From assembly GCA_023137195.1 (NCBI GenBank), contig JAGLPV010000029.1:1-18237 (forward strand): a DNA stretch of 18,237 bases, written 5' to 3'. The notes under the pieces were generated by a model that worked only from the letters and a program-made list of their open reading frames with translations, was not told the origin of the DNA and did not search any database. Shown piece after piece: positions 8,986 to 16,968 of this stretch; the first letter of the stretch is position 1, and the number at the start of each line of letters is the position of its first letter. Position numbers and translations under genes: made by a program. This DNA comes from Candidatus Aenigmatarchaeota archaeon. Its GTDB lineage: Archaea; EX4484-52.

Positions 8986-9651
8986 ATGAAGACAGATAAA
9001 ATAAGGAAAATAGAGAATTATGCAAGGAAAAAAATGATAAATGTATGCGCGCATAATTATATGCATGTTGACCGGGTCAGGAACTGGGCTCTGAAGATTG
9101 CAAAAAAAGAAGGATTTAATGATTTAACTAGTGTAGAAGCGGCGGCTTTGCTACATGATGTTGGTCGTGCTTCTGCAAAAAAAGAGAGTCTGCACGGGGA
9201 GATGGGAGCAAGAATGGCTTCTGAATATTTAAGTAAAAACAAATTCTTTGATGAAGACAAGATAAAAGAGATTGCATATGCTATCCAGCACCACAATTCA
9301 CACAAAACTATCAAAGGGCAACTCGCTGCCATTTTAAGGGATGCAGATATGATGGATTTATTTGGTGCAGTTGGCATAATGAGAGGCATTGCATGGAGTG
9401 CATCAAATATAGAATATGATTCTAAAGATGTCAAAGGAGATGCATGGCGGGTGAGTCCGGAATATTTTGATAAAAGATTTGCTGAAAGAAAGGGTATAGG
9501 AAATTATATTATAGACTATCTTAATTTTCAGATAAGCTGCTATGACAACCTGAATACAAAGACGGCAAAGAAGTTTGCAAAGCCGCTTGTTGAATATCTA
9601 AGAAAATATATTGTGCAATTTGAATTTGAAGTCGTATCAGGACGTAGATGA
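8986..9651 (+). CDS. HD-domain metal-dependent phosphohydrolase
   Basis: H...H..RV, ALLHDVG, HGEMGA, IQHH, LRDAD.MD.FGAVG. ATG at 8986 preferred; GTG at 8980 is possible. Confidence 0.9.
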   Translation: MKTDKIRKIENYARKKMINVCAHNYMHVDRVRNWALKIAKKEGFNDLTSVEAAALLHDVGRASAKKESLHGEMGARMASEYLSKNKFFDEDKIKEIAYAIQHHNSHKTIKGQLAAILRDADMMDLFGAVGIMRGIAWSASNIEYDSKDVKGDAWRVSPEYFDKRFAERKGIGNYIIDYLNFQISCYDNLNTKTAKKFAKPLVEYLRKYIVQFEFEVVSGRR

Positions 9652-9657
9652 ATTTTC

Positions 9658-10221
9658 TTATTTTTTAATCCTAAACATATTCTTGAAGTAAGCCCAATGC
9701 CATACTATATGGAATATTGAAATTGCAAACATCGCTATTCCTGCTTCTACATGCCAGAACAGGATATTAAACGGCAAAGAAATAGATATGCTAAAATTGA
9801 TTTCTATCACCCGTAAAACGCCCAGTATCCCGGAAATCAAAAAAGTGATAAGAAGTAAAAAATTCCAGATTTTCCTGTGGTCTGCAATGCTTATTATTTT
9901 TTTCTTTGAGAGTATGTGACTAATTAGGTATAAAAAAATCAAAAACAAAGAAATTGGCAAAAGATGGTAAATTCTTTTAGCCTGCTGGGTTTTTAGTTCA
10001 TTCTCGATTAGTGAATTAACTTCCTCTCCCGTACTTGTTGTATTGTTATCTCTGTCTTCCGGTGCTGGTTGTGAACGGTCGCATATCCCATCGTTGTCTG
10101 TATCAATGAACAATCCGCATTTTCCTTCGCATAAGACCTCACCTTGCGGACAATCGTCCCATGCTAAAACTATTGTAGGGAGTAAAACAAATAATATCAA
10201 CGAGAAGATTATTTTTTTCAT
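9658..10221 (-). CDS. Membrane protein with signal peptide, Cys-rich/DxDxDG N-terminal module and DUF4405-like His-containing TM region
   Basis: Signal-like MKKIIFSLILFVLL..., DCP...C.GKC..F.DTDNDGICD, three hydrophobic helices with WHVEAG and FHIVWHW. ATG at 10221 has TATATAAA about 21 nt upstream. Confidence 0.75.
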   Translation of the reverse strand: MKKIIFSLILFVLLPTIVLAWDDCPQGEVLCEGKCGLFIDTDNDGICDRSQPAPEDRDNNTTSTGEEVNSLIENELKTQQAKRIYHLLPISLFLIFLYLISHILSKKKIISIADHRKIWNFLLLITFLISGILGVLRVIEINFSISISLPFNILFWHVEAGIAMFAISIFHIVWHWAYFKNMFRIKK

Positions 10222-10286
10222 GTAAAACAATAATTATTAAATTTATATATTTGTTCTATGCAGGCGGACAGTTGAGAAAAGTACAA

Positions 10287-11090
10287 TCAATAAAACAATG
10301 CTTCTTCTTCAAGTACGCATAGTGCCTTCTGACTCCAGATGCAAAGTCTTATGCTGTGTGCTCCGGGAGACAATAATCTTGCGTTTAAGTTCCTTACATT
10401 TACTGCTTCTATTCCCTGTAGACTGTTGAGTGTTTTTGTGTTGATTTCTTCATCGCCGTAGATTAAAAGAGGACCGGTCTTTGTCTTGTATTTTCTTCCT
10501 CTCATCTTTCCTCTACCTGCTCTTACTTTTTTTATCTTTGCTCTTTGGAGTTCTGCTTCAAGCCCTGCAGAATTTAAAAAATCATTTAGTTCTTTTGTCT
10601 TTTTGATAGCATCAAGATCATCTACAATCAATGGCAGCTGCATTTTTTCATCAACCCTGTGACCTCTTTGGAGGATGTATTTTATTTGTCCTGTTCCTGC
10701 AATTGCACTTCTTATTGCTTTTTTTCTTTCATTGCTGTTTAATTTTTTGGACCATATCTTTTCTGCCTTTGGAGGGTGAGCTTTTCTTCCCTTTACTGAA
10801 TGAGGCACGATTCTTACAACTCCTGACATACCTCCACTTCCGATACGGATTCTTTTTGTCCTGTGCATTGCACGATTTATCCATGCACCGTAGGATTTTC
10901 TTCTTCCCCTGTTTTCTGCAGAAGAATGAAAGCCGGATCTTGGATTTACTCCATAAGCCTGCCTGTTGTTTGCTTCAATTGTATTAACTGCTCTTTTTAT
11001 CAGGTCAAACCTGACTGATTCGTCAAATTGTCTTGGCAGTTTGTCTATTGTCTTTGCTTTGCCTTCTTTAGTTGTTAATACATTGTACAT
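10287..11090 (-). CDS. rpl4: 50S ribosomal protein uL4 (archaeal type)
   Basis: R.DLIKRAV, GRKAHPPK, KK.N..ERKKAIRSAIA, RAGRGKMRGRKY, L.PGAH..RL.IW. Confidence 0.96.
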   Translation of the reverse strand: MYNVLTTKEGKAKTIDKLPRQFDESVRFDLIKRAVNTIEANNRQAYGVNPRSGFHSSAENRGRRKSYGAWINRAMHRTKRIRIGSGGMSGVVRIVPHSVKGRKAHPPKAEKIWSKKLNSNERKKAIRSAIAGTGQIKYILQRGHRVDEKMQLPLIVDDLDAIKKTKELNDFLNSAGLEAELQRAKIKKVRAGRGKMRGRKYKTKTGPLLIYGDEEINTKTLNSLQGIEAVNVRNLNARLLSPGAHSIRLCIWSQKALCVLEEEALFY

Positions 11091-11103
11091 ATAATCACAA
11101 AAT

Positions 11104-12108
11104 TTAATCTATATATTTTATATCTATTGCCTCGCTAGAGGTTCCTGTTTGTTTTTTTATTGCTTTTCTCATCCTTATTAATCTCTTGGATGGTCCTGTT
11201 ACAGAACCTTTTACTACAATATAGCTTGATTTAATCATTCCGTATTTTTTAAATGGCTTTGTTTTTATTTTTGCAAAAATCTCGTCATCCGTGTCTTTGG
11301 TTATTATCTTCATGACGCAGAGGTTATTGATAACCCTGTTGAAAAATCCTAATTGTCCCATCTGCGGAACTGTTGCCTGTGTTTTTGCAGGATGCCATGG
11401 TCCCAGATTACCTGCTTTTCTTATGACTTTCTGCGATTTCTTTGCAAGCAGATGTATGCCCCATCTTTTTATTGATCCTGCAAATCCCTTTCCTTTTGTA
11501 ACGCCGGAAGCATCAATCATGGTGCCTTCTTCAATAAAGTCCTTTATGCTTATTGTCTTGCTTATTTTTTCCTTTGCAAAATTAAATTTGTCGGAAACTG
11601 AATTTCCGCCGATAAACATTTCGAATAGTTCCGGCTTTTTTTTAGTCATGCCTGTCTCCTGTGGCATAGTATGAACCATTAATTTGATGTCGACAATCTT
11701 GTTATCTGCTATTTTTTGTTCGATGTCTTTGAAGTCCTTGTCTTTTGGAGTAATATCTTTTTTTGAAATAATTGTCTTTTTCTTTAATATTGAGTTCTTG
11801 TTTATATTAAGTATGTCTTTGTACACAGTAAGTCCTGTTTCTTCTTCTGTATAACACCTGAATCCAACAACCTGTAAATCAGGGACTTCTATCAGAGTTA
11901 CCGGAGTTACTACTTTTTTATCATACAATGGACTTCCTTTCTTGTTGCAAACATAATTGACGTAAGTCATTCCTACTTTGTAACCTGCATATTCTCCAAT
12001 TGCATCACTCGAGTGTTTTATGCTCTTGATTTTGCCGTATATTCTTCTGGCTCTTACTTTGGGTCTGAATGCCAGCGAACCGCTTCTTGGATTGTGTATT
12101 TGAGACAT
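11104..12108 (-). CDS. rpl3: 50S ribosomal protein uL3 (archaeal type)
   Basis: PRSGSLAF.P..RA, AGYKVGMT, PVTLIE, GVTKGKGF.G.IKRWG, G.LGPWHP, VPQMGQLG, KGSV.GP.KRLIR.R. Confidence 0.97.
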   Translation of the reverse strand: MSQIHNPRSGSLAFRPKVRARRIYGKIKSIKHSSDAIGEYAGYKVGMTYVNYVCNKKGSPLYDKKVVTPVTLIEVPDLQVVGFRCYTEEETGLTVYKDILNINKNSILKKKTIISKKDITPKDKDFKDIEQKIADNKIVDIKLMVHTMPQETGMTKKKPELFEMFIGGNSVSDKFNFAKEKISKTISIKDFIEEGTMIDASGVTKGKGFAGSIKRWGIHLLAKKSQKVIRKAGNLGPWHPAKTQATVPQMGQLGFFNRVINNLCVMKIITKDTDDEIFAKIKTKPFKKYGMIKSSYIVVKGSVTGPSKRLIRMRKAIKKQTGTSSEAIDIKYID

Positions 12109-12292
12109 ATTATCTTCTTATTTTATTGTTGTAATGAACAAGGAAATTTGTGTTTTTATTGCCCTCGTTTATATTTACAATAGAAGAACAACCAGAATTA
12201 TTAAAAACGTTTTGTTTAACTCTCACTAAAACCATGGTATTTTTTGTTCCCTGCGACATTATATTTTAAAATATTTGTTGTCTGTTTTACTA

Positions 12293-13096
12293 ATGCAAGA
12301 GAAAAAAATAGGTTTTATTGGCGCCGGGAAAATGGCAGAGAGTCTGATTTCCTGCTTTATTGAAAAAAAACTTGTTGCGGCAAACCAGATTATTGCGGGT
12401 TGCCCGGGACAGGACAGGCTGAATTATTTAAATAAAAAATACGGTATTTCTGTCACGGGAGAAAACCAGACTGTTGTGGATAGTGCAGATATGGTTATTC
12501 TTGCAGTGAAACCGCACCAACTGCAAATGGCATTGGACAATATTTGCGGTCTGGAGGGAAAATTGATTGTATCTATACTTGCGGGCATTAAAATAGATAA
12601 AATAGAGCAGATTACAAACTCAAAAATCATTCGCCTTATGCCTAATCTTTGCTGCCAGGTAAATCATTCAGCAGGAGGGTATAGTATAAATGAAAAGACA
12701 ACGGAGGAAGATGAAAAATTATTTTTGCATTATTTTTCAGAAATTGGTTTTTTTTACAAAGTAGAGGAAGAAAAACTAAATATCATTACAGCGATAAGCG
12801 GAAGCGGTCCTGCTTTCTTTGCATTTTTTATTGATGAATTTGTAAAGGCCGGGGTAAAAAACGGGTTGCCTCAAGATATTGCGCTTTCACTGGCGCTAAA
12901 TACTTGTTTTGGGACAGCCAAGTATCTTACTAATACAAAGACTGAGCCAAGCACGTTGATTGAAAAAATCTCAACTCATGGGGGGACAACTGAGGCAGGA
13001 TTTGATGTGATAAAGGAATCTTGCATTGGTGAAGATATATTCAGGTTCATTATGGCTTCAAAAAAAAGAGCAGAGGAGATTGGCAATTATGAATGA
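12293..13096 (+). CDS. proC: Pyrroline-5-carboxylate reductase
   Basis: IGFIGAGKMA, LAVKP, VSILAG, RLMPN, TAISGSGPAF, GGTTEAG. ATG at 12293 preferred over TTG 12275. Confidence 0.95.
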   Translation: MQEKKIGFIGAGKMAESLISCFIEKKLVAANQIIAGCPGQDRLNYLNKKYGISVTGENQTVVDSADMVILAVKPHQLQMALDNICGLEGKLIVSILAGIKIDKIEQITNSKIIRLMPNLCCQVNHSAGGYSINEKTTEEDEKLFLHYFSEIGFFYKVEEEKLNIITAISGSGPAFFAFFIDEFVKAGVKNGLPQDIALSLALNTCFGTAKYLTNTKTEPSTLIEKISTHGGTTEAGFDVIKESCIGEDIFRFIMASKKRAEEIGNYE

Positions 13097-14351
13097 TGTT
13101 GATATTAGAAAAAAAATAGATTCTATAGTCTGTGATGCAAAGAGCAATCTTGCTTCGATTATGCATTCTAATGTGTCTAAAAGAGATTTGGCATTAAAGA
13201 CAATAGCAGATTTGTTGATTGATAATAAAAATCAGCTTCTGGAAGAAAACAGGAAAGATATTGAATCGGCAAAAAGTATGGGTTTGCCTGATCCAATGAT
13301 TGAAAGGTTGACTCTAGATGAAAAAACAATAGAGGGGATGGTTGAGAGTATTGGGACAATAATAAACCTGAAAGATCCTTTGAACCGGGTTCTGGAAGAA
13401 AGAAAACTGAAAAACGGGGTCTTCCTGAAAAAAATATCTGTTCCTATCGGGGTTATTGGTATTATTTACGAGTCCAGACCAAACGTCACTGTGGACTGCG
13501 CGGCGCTGTGTATAAAGTCGGGGAATGCCTGCATATTGAAAGGCGGAAAAGAAGCACTTCATTCCAACAGGTTCCTGTCCGGACTGATAAAAAAAGGGTG
13601 TGCTATGTCATCGGGATTGAATGAAAATGTTGTCCAGTTTATTGATATAACTGACAGGGAGGCGATTAAGTATTTACTGCAAAAAAACGATTTTATTGAT
13701 CTTATAATTCCCCGTGGTGGGGAAGGACTGATAAAGTTTATCGTCGAAAACTCTAAAATACCAGTTATCAAGCAATACAAGGGAATATGTCATGTTTATG
13801 TGGATGATAAGGCAGATATTGACAAGGCAATAAAAATATGCATTAATGCAAAAGTGCAAAGACCTTCTGTCTGCAATGCGATTGAATGTATTGTGGTGCA
13901 TGAAAAAGCGGCAAAAGAATTTCTTCCTGTCTTAAAAGAAAAATTTGATGAATTGGGGGTTGAGATAAGAGGGTGCAAAAGAACAGCTGATTTTATTGAT
14001 TGTGTGTCTGCAACAGAAAAGGACTGGGATAGTGAATTTCTGGACTTGACTGTTGCTGTAAGAATAGTTGGCGATTTGGATGAGGCAATTGGCTTTATCA
14101 ATGAGCACGGGACAAAGCATTCTGAGGCAATTATTTCAGAGAATGAGGAAAATACAGAGAAATTCTTCAGTGAAATTGACGCTGCATGCCTGTATTCAAA
14201 TACATCTACGCGATTTACAGACGGGTTTGAATTTGACATGGGTGCTGAAATAGGGATATCTACAGATAAGATTCACGCAAGAGGTCCTATGGGGCTGAAG
14301 GAGCTTACCACATATAAATATTTACTTAAAAGCAATGGGTTGATAAGATGA
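13089..14351 (+). CDS. proA: Gamma-glutamyl phosphate reductase
   Basis: VPIGVIGIIYESRPNVT, KSGNA.ILKGGKEA, IPRGGEGLI, RPSVCNA.E, N.STRFTDG, GAEIGIST.K.HARGPMGL. ATG at 13089 overlaps the proC end by 8 bp. Confidence 0.97.
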   Translation: MNDVDIRKKIDSIVCDAKSNLASIMHSNVSKRDLALKTIADLLIDNKNQLLEENRKDIESAKSMGLPDPMIERLTLDEKTIEGMVESIGTIINLKDPLNRVLEERKLKNGVFLKKISVPIGVIGIIYESRPNVTVDCAALCIKSGNACILKGGKEALHSNRFLSGLIKKGCAMSSGLNENVVQFIDITDREAIKYLLQKNDFIDLIIPRGGEGLIKFIVENSKIPVIKQYKGICHVYVDDKADIDKAIKICINAKVQRPSVCNAIECIVVHEKAAKEFLPVLKEKFDELGVEIRGCKRTADFIDCVSATEKDWDSEFLDLTVAVRIVGDLDEAIGFINEHGTKHSEAIISENEENTEKFFSEIDAACLYSNTSTRFTDGFEFDMGAEIGISTDKIHARGPMGLKELTTYKYLLKSNGLIR

Positions 14352-15127
14352 TGTTAAATCAAAAAGAGCTGATTGTCATAAAAATAGGGACTGCTGTACT
14401 TTCAAAGAAAGATAATTACCTGGATTTGGACTTTATGAAGGATGTTGCAAGGCAATGCGAATTGCTTATGGAAAAATACAGGGTGTTGATTGTCTCATCC
14501 GGCGCTATCGGGTGCGGGATGAAGCAAATAGGGTTTAAAACAAGACCTGATTCTATTGAGCAAGTACAGGCTTGCGCTGCTGTGGGGCAGTCTGACTTGA
14601 TGTTTATGTGGAAACAGGCATTTGGAAAGAGAAAAATATCACAGTTTTTGTTATCTTATGATTGCTTTGTAAACCAGCAGAAATACCATAATTTGGTCAA
14701 CTGCATCGATGCAGTACTGTCTTTTGATGCAATTCCAATAGCAAATGAAAATGATACTATTGCGACCGATGAACTGGGAGGAAATTTTGGTGACAATGAC
14801 AAACTCTCTGTGCTTCTTGCAAAAGGTATGAAGGCAAAAAAAATAATAATGCTTTGCGATGTTGACGGGCTTTATGATAAAAATCCTAATATGTTCCCTA
14901 ATGCAGAGGTGATACCGGAAGTTATGAAAATAACTCAAAAAACGCTTGATTTGGCTTTCGGGAAATCGACACGCGGTTTGGGGGGTATGCATTCAAAATT
15001 AAAAGCGATGGAGCTTGTATTAAAAGATGGTATCGATGGTTATATCACTAATGGCAGGAAGAAGGATTCTATCTTGAATGTCTTTTCATCTGAGTTTGAC
15101 GGGACCAAATTTTGTCAATATATATAA
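14348..15127 (+). CDS. proB: Glutamate 5-kinase (no PUA domain)
   Basis: VIKIGT, VSSGAI, QACAAVGQ, NENDT, FGDNDKLS, DVDGLYDKNP, GGM.SKL.A. ATGA overlap with the proA stop. Confidence 0.95.
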   Translation: MMLNQKELIVIKIGTAVLSKKDNYLDLDFMKDVARQCELLMEKYRVLIVSSGAIGCGMKQIGFKTRPDSIEQVQACAAVGQSDLMFMWKQAFGKRKISQFLLSYDCFVNQQKYHNLVNCIDAVLSFDAIPIANENDTIATDELGGNFGDNDKLSVLLAKGMKAKKIIMLCDVDGLYDKNPNMFPNAEVIPEVMKITQKTLDLAFGKSTRGLGGMHSKLKAMELVLKDGIDGYITNGRKKDSILNVFSSEFDGTKFCQYI

Positions 15128-15151
15128 AAAGCTTACGCAATTGAATATAAT

Positions 15152-15511
15152 ATGAAATTAAGGAAATTTACTGACGAGGAGAAAAAAGACACTATCCTTG
15201 CCCTGAAAAAACAGCATTTGAAAGACAAAAAGCAGTTGTGGCTTGATTTGGCAAAACGCCTGAACAAACCATCTAGGAATATGCCTGCTATCAACCTGGC
15301 AAAGATTCAGGAGAATGCAAAAGAAAATGATGTTGTGGTTGTTGCCGGGAAAATCCTTGGTGATGGACAATTAAAAAAGAAACTTACTTTATGCTCTTTT
15401 AAGGTTTCAGAGAGTGCACTGGTAAAAATAGAGGAAGCAAAGTGCAAATACGTTGATTTGGAAGAATTGATGAAATTAAAGAAACTAACTAATTTAAAAA
15501 TAATGGCTTGA
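15152..15511 (+). CDS. rpl18e: 50S ribosomal protein eL18
   Basis: W..LAKRL.KP.R....INLAKI, VVV.GKILGDG.L, S..A..KI. Precedes rpl13-rps9 as is usual in archaea. Confidence 0.92.
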   Translation: MKLRKFTDEEKKDTILALKKQHLKDKKQLWLDLAKRLNKPSRNMPAINLAKIQENAKENDVVVVAGKILGDGQLKKKLTLCSFKVSESALVKIEEAKCKYVDLEELMKLKKLTNLKIMA

Positions 15512-15513
15512 TT

Positions 15514-15933
15514 ATGGTAACAGTAATAAACGGGAAAGATTTAGTTTTAGGCAGGCTTGCAAGTTTTGTTGCGAAGAAAATTTCACAGGAAAACGAGGAA
15601 ATCATTATATATAATGCTAAAAAAATAGTTGTTTCGGGACAGAAAAAAGATATTATGTCCAGATACAAAGAAAGAAGAACTAAAGGAGATCCAATAAGAG
15701 GACCTTTTTTCCCGAGGACTCCTGTTGGAATGGTTCGAAGAGCAGTAAGAGGAATGCTTGGGTACACAGACAGGAAAGGAAAAGCAAGATTTAAACTTTT
15801 AAATGTATTCACAAAAGAAGATTATGATGCTAAGAATGTAACTAAAGTAGATGTGAAAACTGCAAAAGCATTGGATAAATCAAAATACATTACAATTGAA
15901 CAAATAAGTAAAGAACTTGGTGTGACTAATTAA
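15514..15933 (+). CDS. rpl13: 50S ribosomal protein uL13
   Basis: VLGRLAS.VAK, NA.K.VVSG, GP..PR.P....RRAVRGML, G......L.V. ATG at 15514. Confidence 0.95.
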   Translation: MVTVINGKDLVLGRLASFVAKKISQENEEIIIYNAKKIVVSGQKKDIMSRYKERRTKGDPIRGPFFPRTPVGMVRRAVRGMLGYTDRKGKARFKLLNVFTKEDYDAKNVTKVDVKTAKALDKSKYITIEQISKELGVTN

Positions 15934-15949
15934 TTAAATTAAGATATTT

Positions 15950-16366
15950 ATGAAAAAAGAAAGAGCATTGATGACGGTGGGGAAAAGAAAAAGAGCAGTA
16001 GCCCGGGCAGTTTTTAAAAAAGGAACAGGCAATATAAGAATTAACAAAATATTAATTGAGAATATATCTCCGCAATTGATGCAATTGAAGATAAAAGAGC
16101 CGGCATTACTTGTGCCTGATGTCTTAAAGAAATATGATGTATCTGTGAAGATTATCGGTGGTGGGATTACCGGACAGGCAGAAGCTGCACGACAGGCAAT
16201 AGCAAGAGGCATTGTAAAGTTGAGCAAAGATGCCAAAGAGATTGAAAAATTATTTGATAATTATAACAAAAACCTTCTTGTAACTGATTCAAGAAGAAAT
16301 GAAACAAGTAAACCATGTGCTTCTTCAAGAGGTCCAAGGAGAAAAATACAGTTGAGTAAGAGATAA
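15950..16366 (+). CDS. rps9: 30S ribosomal protein uS9
   Basis: GKRKRAVARA, G.G.IRIN, GGGITGQAEAARQAIARG, LLV.D.RR.E..KP, GPR...Q.S.R. Confidence 0.96.
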   Translation: MKKERALMTVGKRKRAVARAVFKKGTGNIRINKILIENISPQLMQLKIKEPALLVPDVLKKYDVSVKIIGGGITGQAEAARQAIARGIVKLSKDAKEIEKLFDNYNKNLLVTDSRRNETSKPCASSRGPRRKIQLSKR

Positions 16367-16367
16367 T

Positions 16368-16670
16368 ATGAAGATACCAAAAACAGTCAAAAGATTTTGT
16401 CCTTTTTGCAAAACAAATCACGAATGTAAAGTCAATCGTGTGAAAACCGGGGGGCGAAGAAAAACAAGTTCCTTGAAAGCTGGGAGTAGGTACAGGCTGA
16501 AGAAATTACATAAAGGTTATGGAGGATCTCCTTATCCCAAAATAGAACATGGTCTGACTTATGGTGCAAAAAAATCCCAGAAGGTGCTTATTAAATTTAC
16601 ATGTAGTGCTTGTTCTAAAAGCCACCAGTCTAATATTGGAAGGGCAAAGAAATTTGAGATTCTTAAATAA
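16368..16670 (+). CDS. rpl44e: 50S ribosomal protein eL42 (L44e)
   Basis: MKIPK....FCPFCK..H, GYGG.P.P, K..K......C..C.K.H zinc-ribbon pattern. Confidence 0.94.
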   Translation: MKIPKTVKRFCPFCKTNHECKVNRVKTGGRRKTSSLKAGSRYRLKKLHKGYGGSPYPKIEHGLTYGAKKSQKVLIKFTCSACSKSHQSNIGRAKKFEILK

Positions 16671-16700
16671 TCCACAGGAACGCACGAGAACCCACAAGAA
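16671..16700. repeat. Three imperfect 10-bp tandem repeats
   Basis: TCCACAGGAA / CGCACGAGAA / CCCACAAGAA immediately after the rpl44e stop. Confidence 0.55.
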
Positions 16701-16738
16701 AGTATTTTAATCTATAGTTAAACATGATTGAAACTTTT

Positions 16739-16754
16739 CCGCCAAATTTATATA
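16739..16754 (+). promoter_or_regulatory. Putative archaeal promoter (BRE + TATA) facing the cassette region
   Basis: CCGCCAAA followed by TTTATATA (16747-16754), a near-canonical BRE-TATA arrangement with no ORF start at the expected distance. Confidence 0.5.
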
Positions 16755-16761
16755 CTTCTCT

Positions 16762-16855
16762 CTTTACTGTTTTGGATATACGAAGTTTTTCTGTAGCGTA
16801 TCGGAAGAAAAATTTGGGTGAAGCCGAGGGCTGAACCGCATATCTCTTGTTAAAT
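16762..16855 (+). mobile_element. attC-like integron cassette recombination site (left R'' box degenerate)
   Basis: GATATACG (16775-82) and CGCATATC (16837-44) form an inverted pair, followed after 4 nt by GTTAAAT (16849-55, matches GTTRRRY). Internal hairpins AAGTTTTTCT/AGAAAAATTT and AGCC-gag-GGCT. The expected ...TAAC reads CTTTACT. Confidence 0.6.
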
Positions 16856-16938
16856 CCAATTATTACTCGGAACCAGCATGAAAGAAACACAGAAATGTTA
16901 AACACTAAGTAGGGGATTTTCTTCTAAAATAGCACAAG

Positions 16939-16946
16939 TTTATATA
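16939..16946 (+). promoter_or_regulatory. Putative TATA box of the cassette ORF
   Basis: TTTATATA about 22 nt upstream of ATG 16969, consistent with a leaderless archaeal transcript. Confidence 0.55.
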
Positions 16947-16968
16947 TTCTCAACTACTCAATAACATT

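Noticed and set aside
13026-13088. Longer GTG-started N-terminus of ProA
   Set aside because: It would overlap proC by 71 bp. ATG 13089 gives typical length and coupling.
68-16697. Numerous short overlapping or antisense ORFs in the six-frame track (e.g. 68-511, 817-1278, 4872-5240, 7843-8274, 13796-14239)
   Set aside because: They are shadows of well-supported genes on the opposite strand or frame, with no recognisable motifs.
16663-16905. 80-aa minus-strand ORF
   Set aside because: It runs through the attC-like palindrome and promoter-like motifs, overlaps the rpl44e end, and has no recognisable protein features.
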